Origin: a virus
Virus record (IMG/VR): IMGVR_UViG_3300008261_000018
Coordinates: 21,175 to 85,174 of that record
Strand: one strand, 5' to 3'
Length of the DNA stretch: 64,000 nt
Part shown: positions 56,383-64,000 of the stretch, piece by piece
Numbering within the stretch: position 1 is the first letter of the stretch
How the letters are laid out: each line of letters starts with the position of its first letter
Translations under genes and position numbers: made by a program
Notes under the pieces: model-generated
What the model saw: only the letters and a program-made list of their open reading frames with translations
Told to the model about the DNA's origin: nothing
Database searches by the model: none

Positions 56383-59255
56383 CGGCCCATGACGCCCAGT
56401 AAGCGGCGCCGTGTCATTGCCGCACCTTTGTTAATCGGCTCTGACGGGTATTGGCCAGGTGCAACAGCATTCAGGTTGGAGTCCGGCGCTGCTTTGCTGC
56501 GCTGAGCGATCCTGTTGGCCAACAGTGCCATCGCCCGCTCTTGCGACTCACTGCCCACCTCGCTGCCAAGGGCGTTTGCCATGTCGTTGAACGTAGCGCC
56601 AGCAGGGATTCCGGGCACGGGAGCGGTGCCCTCCGGCGACGGCCGGTATGCCATGCGCAAACGATCAGCTGCTACTGGATCAACGCCGCGAGTTCCAACC
56701 TGTACGACATCCATGGCCGGCGCCGCGTACGCGTCAATCTGAGGCAGGAGGTCCAAATTGCTTGCGCGGCGTGGCACGTACATCGCGCGCATCGGGTCAC
56801 CGCTGGCCTCGTCGGCCAGGACGCGCTGAACGATGAATGCGGCTTGGTCACGATCACCGCCGGTGTAGCGCGTGGCGTACTCCACGTATGACTCCATGGG
56901 GTCCGCGGGTCGCTCCGGCTCCGCCAGAACCTGCTGATAGCCGCTGCGCTTGCGAAGGGTTTCAGCGCGATCCAGGTGGTCCTGGAATTCCGTCTCGTCC
57001 ATGCCGCTGGACTGCAGCATCTCGATTAGCTGAGAGGCTTCGTCGGCGTCAAACGTCCGTGGCGCGTCTTCCACTAGGCCTGCGGTGGCTGGTTCTGGGA
57101 ACAGATCCACGCGACGACCACCACTGATCTCCCGCTTCGCCTGCTCAAGCATCTCTGCGGCGTAGCTGCCGGGGGCAAACAGCGGCCTGCCGGGGTCATT
57201 GGCTGGAACAGTCCGCGTAATCGTCCGGCCGCTCTCTCCAGGCAGCGGGATTTCCACCGTGGTCATCTCAGCAGCGGCGCGCAGCGTTGTATTGGCGTCC
57301 ACCTGGAAGCGCGCACCAAACTGCGCGGCTGCATCAAGCGCTTCAGCAGGGGTCAGCGGGCGCGGCGCCTCCTGCAAGAAGGCCCGCAACTGCTTGCCAG
57401 CCGCAACCGCGCGGCTATCAGGCGCGTTGAGGTCGCCACTGCGGCGAGGATTGATGTTCGAGTACAGGCTCTCGACAGTTCCCCGCATGGGGGTCTGCAC
57501 GCCGTACACCTCGGAGCCCTTGGCGACGGGCATTTCCCCGGAAAGCGCTGCTTCGGCGAGGATGTCGCGCAGGGCATTGCGATTTTCGGGCGGAATCTCC
57601 GCCGACAGGTTGCCTAATGCGCGGAAAAACTCTGTCTGGTCTACCTCTCCGTACTTTTTCTCCATTGTTCGCCGAATTCCGGCGTCATCGACCAGAGGAG
57701 CAAGCGTGATATCGCCGCGAACCCCCTTGCGCCGCCGCGAACTCACACCTTCAGAGGCTGTGCGCGCGAATTCACGCGCTTCTGCGTAGTCGCGGTTGAC
57801 CGGAGAGCCCACACGGAAGAGCTTGTCGGTCTCATTGATGACGCCATCGAGCACGTTTCCAGGCTCTGGGACCTGGCGCGTCCCTGACAGCACCTCCGTG
57901 TCGTACACCGGCAGCACTTCTTCGCCGTACTTCACCCCGTCCTTGGTGCGCCGCACGGTCGATTTGGTCAAATATCCAATCAATGAGTCCTTAGATCCTG
58001 TTGCCGCTGCTGCAACCTGACGGGCCGTGTACTCAGCCTTCGATAGTCGCCTGAATCGACCTTCTTGCTCTGCCTGCAGCAGAGCATTACGGCCGATGAC
58101 CGGCGTTTTGTTCTCTTCGTTGATGCGATTGATGACCTCTTTCAGGCGAATTTCTTTCTCTCGCATGAACGAGGCTGTTTTGTCCTCGTCAACGTCGCCC
58201 TCCCGCTCGTATCCAGCAGGCACTCCGACCAGCTGGTTGGGGTCAATGGTCCCAATTGCCCTTTCCCCACCTTTAAGCCACTGACCATCCGGCTGCCGCT
58301 GCGATGCTTCGATCACATAGGGAGGCGAGCCAGCGCCACCTGCGTCTTCGATATAGGTTTTTGCGCCTCGTTTCCTGAAATCTGGCTGCTTCTGGATCGT
58401 CTGAAGGTTCTTGCCAGAACGCTTGGCCTCAAACTCCTCGGGATCCTCTGCTGAATAGCCGGTGACGTCTACATTCCGCCCGGATTCGTCGCGGTCGTAA
58501 CCCTCGACGCGGAGCATGTCCGCCAATTCCACGGCGTAGTCATCCAGGAACGCGCGCTCCTCTTCGCTAGTGCTAGCCCGGCGCATCATCTGCACCGTCA
58601 TGAATGCTTGCTCGCTCTCGCTCAAGGGTTTTTTCGCGCCTTTACTGGCGAGCATCTGCTCGACGCGCTCAGGGGTATCAAGCGCAGCGAAAGAATTGCC
58701 CTCTCTGACCATTGCATCGCGACGCGCAAGCCGCGAATCAGGCCGATACGCCGACCCACTGCGTCGTCCTCTGACACGCGGATCATGTTCCAGGTAGTAG
58801 TTGTCACTCGCAACAGTTCCAGTTGGGAGCTGTTCAAACCCTTGGCGCTGGACTTGAGCTTCGTATGTACCGCTGGCGGGCATCCGCTCGTTGCGCCCAA
58901 CCTCGTACAAGTTGCCGTCTTTGCCTACGTAGGTATCCGGGGCGTCTGCAAGACGAACATTGAGTGAGAGCTGTCCTGAGGGAGAGCCGCTCACTGAGCG
59001 TCCATCGACAAGCATTTCGCTGCTTGGCGGCAGGTTGCGAGCGAGATCGCGTAACACCTGATCGCGCGCTTCAGGCGACGCGGCGGCTTGGCGCGCGAAG
59101 TACCGCTGCACGCGCTCGAGGTCGCCCTGAATACCCGGAACAACAGGAGGCAAGCCAGGGATATTCAGCTGGCTAGGGACTGCGCCCAGACTCCGGCGGG
59201 GGTCATAAGGGTCTTCCCAGCGGAAACTGCCAATTCCGCCAATCCCGAGCGCCAT
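56379..59255 (-). CDS. large hypothetical protein (958 aa), first gene of the late operon
   Basis: Long uninterrupted ORF; no motif recognised. Confidence 0.85.
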   Translation of the reverse strand: MALGIGGIGSFRWEDPYDPRRSLGAVPSQLNIPGLPPVVPGIQGDLERVQRYFARQAAASPEARDQVLRDLARNLPPSSEMLVDGRSVSGSPSGQLSLNVRLADAPDTYVGKDGNLYEVGRNERMPASGTYEAQVQRQGFEQLPTGTVASDNYYLEHDPRVRGRRSGSAYRPDSRLARRDAMVREGNSFAALDTPERVEQMLASKGAKKPLSESEQAFMTVQMMRRASTSEEERAFLDDYAVELADMLRVEGYDRDESGRNVDVTGYSAEDPEEFEAKRSGKNLQTIQKQPDFRKRGAKTYIEDAGGAGSPPYVIEASQRQPDGQWLKGGERAIGTIDPNQLVGVPAGYEREGDVDEDKTASFMREKEIRLKEVINRINEENKTPVIGRNALLQAEQEGRFRRLSKAEYTARQVAAAATGSKDSLIGYLTKSTVRRTKDGVKYGEEVLPVYDTEVLSGTRQVPEPGNVLDGVINETDKLFRVGSPVNRDYAEAREFARTASEGVSSRRRKGVRGDITLAPLVDDAGIRRTMEKKYGEVDQTEFFRALGNLSAEIPPENRNALRDILAEAALSGEMPVAKGSEVYGVQTPMRGTVESLYSNINPRRSGDLNAPDSRAVAAGKQLRAFLQEAPRPLTPAEALDAAAQFGARFQVDANTTLRAAAEMTTVEIPLPGESGRTITRTVPANDPGRPLFAPGSYAAEMLEQAKREISGGRRVDLFPEPATAGLVEDAPRTFDADEASQLIEMLQSSGMDETEFQDHLDRAETLRKRSGYQQVLAEPERPADPMESYVEYATRYTGGDRDQAAFIVQRVLADEASGDPMRAMYVPRRASNLDLLPQIDAYAAPAMDVVQVGTRGVDPVAADRLRMAYRPSPEGTAPVPGIPAGATFNDMANALGSEVGSESQERAMALLANRIAQRSKAAPDSNLNAVAPGQYPSEPINKGAAMTRRRLLGVMGR

Positions 59256-60150
59256 TGAACGCCACGCCGCGCACTGTGTACGACGAGTCTAAAGAATCTC
59301 ACTTTTTGACCCTGCGCCTCGCGTGGATAAACGCGTCGCGATTTTTCAGGAAATTATTGCTCAGCTCTATTTATTTCTGGGCCTAAAAACACCCTCCTCC
59401 GTAGGGCGAAAAAATTGGCCCATTTCGCCATGGGAAAAATCGTTTCACCCTACAGAGCGCGCCTCGCGGGACCCCTGTTGATTTTTGCTGCGGCGCGCGG
59501 TTTACATCAAACACCCCCCGCAAGTTGCGGGAGTCGCCCAACAAAAAAAAGACTGCGCCACGCCCCTGCTTCGTTCGCGGCCAACGCTGTAGCCCCGCGC
59601 CCGCGTGCGCGCTACGCGCGCTTATCGCGTTCGCTGCGTTGCGTTTGTAGCGAGAGAAGCCTGCTTCGTTTGTGAGCAAGCGAGCGAGCGAGCGTTACTT
59701 GTGGATAGCAGATGAGCAGCAGCTGAGCGCACGGAAGCTGCGTGAGCAACAGATGTATACAAGTGCGCGCACACACGAGAGCAGGCGACGCGTTCACGCG
59801 TTGCGTCAGCGTTTCCACACGCAACCACCAGTACCCCGCGCACGCGCTCGGGCGCAATCCGCGCTCCACCGCACCCCCGCGCCTTCGCGACTAGGGGGGC
59901 CTCATCCACTGCGGGTGGGTGTTTTTCTCCCTATGGGAATCATTCTCAACGGTGAATCTCTTGTGCGCTACGCGCACTGATTCGCTGTTCTCTTCGCCCA
60001 TGCGCTCGCTGCGCTCGCTTTGTGCTCCATCTCTCCACGCCTCAATACCCCGGAGCCACCCTCGCCATCCATTCCATTTGTCTCAGCTGAGTCTCATCGC
60101 GTCACGGGACACGACGCCCCGCCGCGCGCGCCGCGATCAGGGGCTCTGCT
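59256..60150. other. non-coding strand-switch region; candidate genome end/packaging site
   Basis: No credible ORF; A/T tracts followed by CGCG/GCGA-rich low-complexity sequence; genes diverge on both sides. Confidence 0.5.
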
Positions 60151-60175
60151 TGTGTCCCTCCGCAGCAGTGCATTC

Positions 60176-60373
60176 ATGCTTGCTCAACTCCGCTCGCTCA
60201 TCCCCGTCACCACCACCGAGGAATACGACTACCTCGAGTGGCTCTACATCGAAGCCACCCGGCTAGGCGATCACCTCGATCTCGCTGCCGAGCTCTTCAG
60301 CTACAGGCAGGGCATCCTCGAGCACGCGATCAATTGCCAAGAGACCTACGACTCTGGCGAGTGCCCCTTCTGA
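60176..60373 (+). CDS. cassette 1: hypothetical protein (65 aa)
   Basis: MLAQLRSLIP…GECPF*; lies between repeats. Confidence 0.75.
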   Translation: MLAQLRSLIPVTTTEEYDYLEWLYIEATRLGDHLDLAAELFSYRQGILEHAINCQETYDSGECPF

Positions 60374-60454
60374 CACCATCCCCCGCTTGGCTCAGCCAGG
60401 TGGGGGATTTTTCGTGTCCCTCACCAGCAGTGCATTTCACGCTGCTTGACTCCG

Positions 60455-60652
60455 ATGACCATCACCCTCAACCACAACTGGATCGACGGCGCCGCAGCTT
60501 GCGCGCTCCGCAGATCCATCGAGGTCTACACCTGGCACGGCATCGAGGGCGACTTCGACTACGACCACGAGGTGATCAACCCCGAGGAATACGAGGCCGC
60601 CAATCTCCTGCTCCGCTCCACTCACCTCCCCGAGAGCGATTGCCCCTTCTGA
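60455..60652 (+). CDS. cassette 2: hypothetical protein (65 aa)
   Basis: MTITLNHNW…SDCPF*. Confidence 0.75.
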   Translation: MTITLNHNWIDGAAACALRRSIEVYTWHGIEGDFDYDHEVINPEEYEAANLLLRSTHLPESDCPF

Positions 60653-60717
60653 CACCATCCCCCGCTTGGCTCAGCCAGGTGGGGGATTTTTCGTGTCCCA
60701 ATACAGCAGTGCATTCA

Positions 60718-60903
60718 ATGTCCTTCACGACGCTGATCACTCCCTCCGGCAAATACGAGTACATCGCCAACGGCGACCAAACTCGCATCACCTTCTGGGC
60801 GCTGCGCGGCAACAAGCGCGAGTGGAGCAGATCCACCTCCGTCCCGACCGAGCTCGCTCGTCGGGACTACGAGTCCCGCAAGCAACGCGCGATCTTCGCC
60901 TGA
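60718..60903 (+). CDS. cassette 3: hypothetical protein (61 aa)
   Basis: MSFTTLITPSGKYEY…AIFA*. Confidence 0.75.
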   Translation: MSFTTLITPSGKYEYIANGDQTRITFWALRGNKREWSRSTSVPTELARRDYESRKQRAIFA

Positions 60904-60980
60904 CACCAAGCCCCTGCTCCCTCCGGGAGTGGGGGCTTTTCTATGTCCTTCCTCAGCGGTGCATCTGCACTGCTTTAGCC

Positions 60981-61283
60981 ATGGCACGCGCCATCCTCTT
61001 CGAGGCCAGGTCTATCGAGCAGGCCCTTGAAGCTGCGCACCTTACCGCCGGCGAAGCCTGGTTCTGCGTCAGCGAAGGCGTCCTCTGGATGCACTTCTGC
61101 CTTGACCGCAGCGACCTGGCGAGCTGGCAGGAGGAGACCGGCCTGGGGGAGTGCACCGATGTGCACGACCCCGAGGTCTCCTTCGATGCCGAGAACCCCG
61201 GCAACTGGTGCTCTCTCAGCTACGCCGCCCTCGGCGATCACAACGGCCTGGTCGACCTGCGCTACATCGTCCAAACCACCTGA
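60981..61283 (+). CDS. cassette 4: hypothetical protein (100 aa)
   Basis: MARAILFEARS…YIVQTT*. Confidence 0.75.
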   Translation: MARAILFEARSIEQALEAAHLTAGEAWFCVSEGVLWMHFCLDRSDLASWQEETGLGECTDVHDPEVSFDAENPGNWCSLSYAALGDHNGLVDLRYIVQTT

Positions 61284-61363
61284 CACCGAACCCCCGCTTG
61301 GCTCAGCCAGGTGGGGGTTCTTTCGTGTCCCTCATCAGCAGTGCATTGACGCTGCTTCCTTCG

Positions 61364-61552
61364 ATGCGCGCTCCCATCCTCGCGATCGCTGCCGGCACCG
61401 CCATCGGTTTCACCCTGGTCGGTGCCATGCACGCCGCTGTCGCTCGCCTCGATCAGGCCACCCGCCAGCAGTGCATCCGCCAGGACTGGCCTGTTCACCA
61501 GCACACCGCCCACACCGAGTTCTGCCGGACCTACATGGTCAAGGCCTTCTGA
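61364..61552 (+). CDS. cassette 5: small membrane-anchored protein (62 aa)
   Basis: N-terminal hydrophobic helix, then QC..QDWP.HQH.AH..FC. Confidence 0.75.
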   Translation: MRAPILAIAAGTAIGFTLVGAMHAAVARLDQATRQQCIRQDWPVHQHTAHTEFCRTYMVKAF

Positions 61553-61635
61553 TCCCACTGATCCCCTCATCGGCCCGGCCGGTGGGGGGATTTTTCATGT
61601 CCTCTCTCAGCAGTGCATTCGCGCTGCTTCCTTCG

Positions 61636-61956
61636 ATGGATATCCGCGTCCTTAGCAAGCGCACGCTCAGCGATCCGCTGCCAGGCATTTATAGGGCCTA
61701 CGTCGGTCGGCCGAGCGCTCTCGGGAATCCATTCCCGATGCGCTCTGAGTCCGATCGCGACGACGTCTGCGAGCGCTATCTCGCCTGGCTGCGCGACAAC
61801 TACAGCGCTGGCGGCCCTGCTCGCGCTGAGCTCGAACGGCTCTACGCGATTGCCCTTGAGCAGCCGCTAGAGCTTGTCTGCTTTTGCGCCCCCAAGCGCT
61901 GCCACGCCGACAGCATCAAGCAAGCCCTGCTGGGCATGCATGCTCAACGAGCCTGA
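61636..61956 (+). CDS. cassette 6: DUF4326 domain protein
   Basis: YVGRPS.LGNPF…R..V..Y..WL…L.CFCAPKRCHAD. Confidence 0.88.
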   Translation: MDIRVLSKRTLSDPLPGIYRAYVGRPSALGNPFPMRSESDRDDVCERYLAWLRDNYSAGGPARAELERLYAIALEQPLELVCFCAPKRCHADSIKQALLGMHAQRA

Positions 61957-62031
61957 TCCCCTCACTCGCTTGCCGGGTGGGGGGATTTTTCATGTCCTCT
62001 CTCAGCAGTGCATTTGCGCTGCCTCACTCCG

Positions 62032-62205
62032 GTGACACACTCCGAGCTCTTCGTTGGTATCGAGCCCTCCGATCCAACAGACCCCAACTCGGCTCCGCTC
62101 GCTCGGATCTACGGCTCCAAGGCCGAGGCCGAGCACCACACCCCCTTCGTTCAAACCTTCGCTGACTTCATGGCCAGCGACGACGACACGACCCTGGTCT
62201 TCTGA
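62032..62205 (+). CDS. cassette 7: hypothetical protein (57 aa)
   Basis: GTG start; lies between repeats. Confidence 0.65.
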   Translation: MTHSELFVGIEPSDPTDPNSAPLARIYGSKAEAEHHTPFVQTFADFMASDDDTTLVF

Positions 62206-62286
62206 CCAAGATCCCCTGCCTGGCTCAGCCGGGTGGGGGATTTTTCGTGTCCCTTCTCATCAGTGCCTTTGGCGCTGACTGCTTCG

Positions 62287-62436
62287 ATGGCCCCTCACGA
62301 AATGACCACCGAGGAACTCCACCTCCTCGCCTGGGAACGCGCCGCTGCCTGCCAGCGCAGAGCCGCAGCTGGGCAGGACGACTCCGACGAATTCGAGGAG
62401 CTCCTGCCTTTGCTCAACGAGCTCTGCTGCCGCTGA
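62287..62436 (+). CDS. cassette 8: hypothetical protein (49 aa)
   Basis: MAPHEMTTEELHLLAW…. Confidence 0.7.
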   Translation: MAPHEMTTEELHLLAWERAAACQRRAAAGQDDSDEFEELLPLLNELCCR

Positions 62437-62537
62437 CCCAAGTACTCCCCTCATCGGCACCGCCGGTGGGGGGATTTTTCGTGCACTCACTCAGCAGTGC
62501 ATTGTTCTTTCTCTCCGGGGACGCCCGGATTTCCGCT

Positions 62538-62801
62538 ATGTCGGAAGGACAACTCTCGAGACTGCTTCGTCGCGTCAAGCTCCTCGCTCGCCGTGACGTC
62601 ATCCTCGATCAAACCGGCCACATGATCGGTGGCGCACTGGATCCCTTCTGGCAATTGCTAGAGATCCAGCTCGACACCATCCACGATCAATTCCTGGACG
62701 GTTACGCACCTATCGGCATCGGCCAATTCCTCGCCTACTGCGAGCAGCTGGTTAACGCTGATTGGCACCTCGTTCGAGACCTCGAACGGCAATACGCCTG
62801 A
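62538..62801 (+). CDS. cassette 9: hypothetical protein (87 aa)
   Basis: MSEGQLSRLLRR…RQYA*. Confidence 0.7.
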   Translation: MSEGQLSRLLRRVKLLARRDVILDQTGHMIGGALDPFWQLLEIQLDTIHDQFLDGYAPIGIGQFLAYCEQLVNADWHLVRDLERQYA

Positions 62802-62912
62802 GCCAAGGTTCAGCACCTCATCCCCTCATCCGCTTGCCGGGTGGGGGGATTTTTCGTGCACTCACTCAGCAGTGCATTTACCTTTCTCCCGGTCGCAAGA
62901 CCGGCTGCATCC

Positions 62913-63425
62913 ATGGCTACCGCCATCACCAAGACCGATCTGGAAGCTCGCATCGCCGAGCTCGAGGCCATCCTCGCCACCAGCTCTGCAGCCAATCCGA
63001 ACCAGGTCGTCCTGGTTGGCATGCTCAGAGCTGTCAAGCCGATCGAGTCCAAGAACCCGGAGGCCAAGTTCCAGGTCACCGCGATCCTCACCAACAACGC
63101 TCGTGAGCTGATCAATGGCCAGGAGACCCGGGTCGATCTCCCCGTCGATGGCCTCATCGCCAGCGACAACGGCAATGGCCCACTGGCTACCCAGCTGCTG
63201 GACATTGCTCGCAGCACCCGCTGGGCACGCGTCCGCGTGACCGGCTTCTGGGTCCGCCGGGGCGAGATCGAAATCCGCAACAACTACCTCAACGCCACCG
63301 GCAAGCAGCTGCGCCTCCAGTCCATCTCGGTCCTCAACTCTGAGCCCGCCGATCAGCCCGCGCTCGATGCCCCCATCGCTGCGCCTTTCGCTGACGGCCC
63401 CACCGGCGAAGAGCCCAGCTTCTGA
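62913..63425 (+). CDS. cassette 10: putative single-stranded DNA-binding protein
   Basis: NQVVLVGML…VRVTGF beta pattern, Pro/Ala linker, acidic-aromatic tail GEEPSF. Confidence 0.6.
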   Translation: MATAITKTDLEARIAELEAILATSSAANPNQVVLVGMLRAVKPIESKNPEAKFQVTAILTNNARELINGQETRVDLPVDGLIASDNGNGPLATQLLDIARSTRWARVRVTGFWVRRGEIEIRNNYLNATGKQLRLQSISVLNSEPADQPALDAPIAAPFADGPTGEEPSF

Positions 63426-63446
63426 TCCGTAGCCACCGGGCTACAC

Positions 63447-63480
63447 CGCCCCACTCGGTCCGCCGGGTGGGGCTTTTTTA
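63447..63480 (+). terminator. terminator related to the repeat hairpin but lacking the downstream motif
   Basis: CCCACTCGG-tccg-CCGGGTGGG followed by GCTTTTTT. Confidence 0.75.
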
Positions 63481-63498
63481 TTGACTCGCCAACACAGC

Positions 63499-63836
63499 AT
63501 GCGTCCTGTCTCTTCCATCACACGACGCCTTGGCGAGTACGACCTATCTTTCGCCCATCGCGCCTGCGCTCCACGGATTATCGCCGCCTGGCGCTGTCCG
63601 CCTGGAGCGCTTTTGTCACCGCCTGCGTTTATGTCTTCATCGCAGGCCAACTGACAAGGCGCGCTTACAACTTCCTTGCCCCACACCTCCTCACATTCCT
63701 GCGCGCAGCTGCACTCACCATCGAATCCACTCTCCCCACTGAGGCTGCTCCAACCACTCCTCCAGTACTTCGACATCCACCTCAGCAAACCAAGCCTCAA
63801 TCCACGCGCCGGCGCAAAGCGACCGCGCAATCCTGA
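63499..63836 (+). pseudogene. probable frameshifted membrane protein gene
   Basis: The ATG frame (MRPVSSITRR…) reads poorly after ~20 codons, while another frame encodes RLRSTDYRRLALSAWSAFVTACVYVFIAG…RRRKATAQS* with no start codon. Confidence 0.4.
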
Positions 63837-63935
63837 ATCTCAAGACCTGAAACGACATCGCCCCTGCCAGCACCGCTGGTGGGGGTTTTTTCGTGCACTC
63901 CTTCAGCAGTGCATTTGTCGTTTCTGGTCAATCGC

Positions 63936-64000
63936 ATGACTGAAATCAAAGACGTCCTCGGTGAGCTCTACCCCGAGATCGCCGACTTCCTGGCCGAGCA
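63936..64000 (+). CDS. next cassette ORF, 5' end only
   Basis: MTEIKDVLGELYPEIADFLAE… runs off the window edge. Confidence 0.7.
   Translation, partial: MTEIKDVLGELYPEIADFLAE

Larger units (their letters stand above)
60151..63915 (+). repeat. array of 11 interspersed ~70-nt regulatory repeats (terminator hairpin + YRTG(TC/CA)C-N5-CAGCAGTGCATT), one before each small ORF
   Basis: Motif starts at 60163, 60425, 60704, 60954, 61336, 61608, 62003, 62258, 62492, 62867 and 63904; the first copy lacks the terminator. Confidence 0.93.

Noticed and set aside
59383-60266. ORFs listed in the strand-switch region
   Set aside because: Arg/Ala/Cys-rich translations of low-complexity DNA without coding-like codon bias.
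60151-63915. CRISPR or TIGR-like array
   Set aside because: The inter-repeat segments are 150-950 nt and contain full ORFs, the repeats are degenerate, and there is no cas operon. The Cas4-like nuclease at 651 is an ordinary phage exonuclease type.
60151-63915. Classical integron
   Set aside because: No tyrosine integron-integrase in the window, and the repeats lack RYYYAAC…GTTRRRY attC ends.
1-64000. tRNA/rRNA genes, photosystem genes (psbA, hli), DNA or RNA polymerase
   Set aside because: None recognised by eye; tRNAscan and HMM searches would be needed to exclude divergent copies.

Overview
This window is most of the genome of a GC-rich, probably temperate tailed cyanophage. The inferred host is Synechococcus/Cyanobium-like, based on DUF3288, an NblA-like protein, a cyanophage-type ThyX and a TIGR02466-like 2OG-Fe(II) oxygenase. 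From left to right: (1) replication and nucleotide genes on the + strand (PD-(D/E)XK nuclease, divergent XRE repressor, primase/VirE helicase with a candidate origin, dCMP deaminase, ThyX, dATP/dGTP diphosphohydrolase-like protein). (2) A large serine integrase with a candidate attP. (3) A long - strand morphogenesis region with TerS/TerL, portal, scaffold, a major capsid gene split by an ORF-less 449-nt group I intron, four paralogous Gly-rich fibre genes, an endolysin and many probable internal virion proteins. An inverted + strand block with two LAGLIDADG-like genes interrupts this region. (4) A ~900-nt non-coding strand-switch region. (5) An array of small unrelated ORFs, each preceded by the same ~70-nt element (terminator hairpin, fixed-spacing CAGCAGTGCATT motif and a second covarying hairpin; 11 copies), which is the best candidate for an undescribed system. 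Other notable signals are a candidate -1 frameshift in a holin-like gene, an nblA-like gene overprinted on an HNH gene, a circularly permuted M15 peptidase domain, a recurrent [RK]-x-A-G motif in virion proteins and several catalytically degenerate enzymes. All family assignments come from motif recognition by eye; no searches were run.
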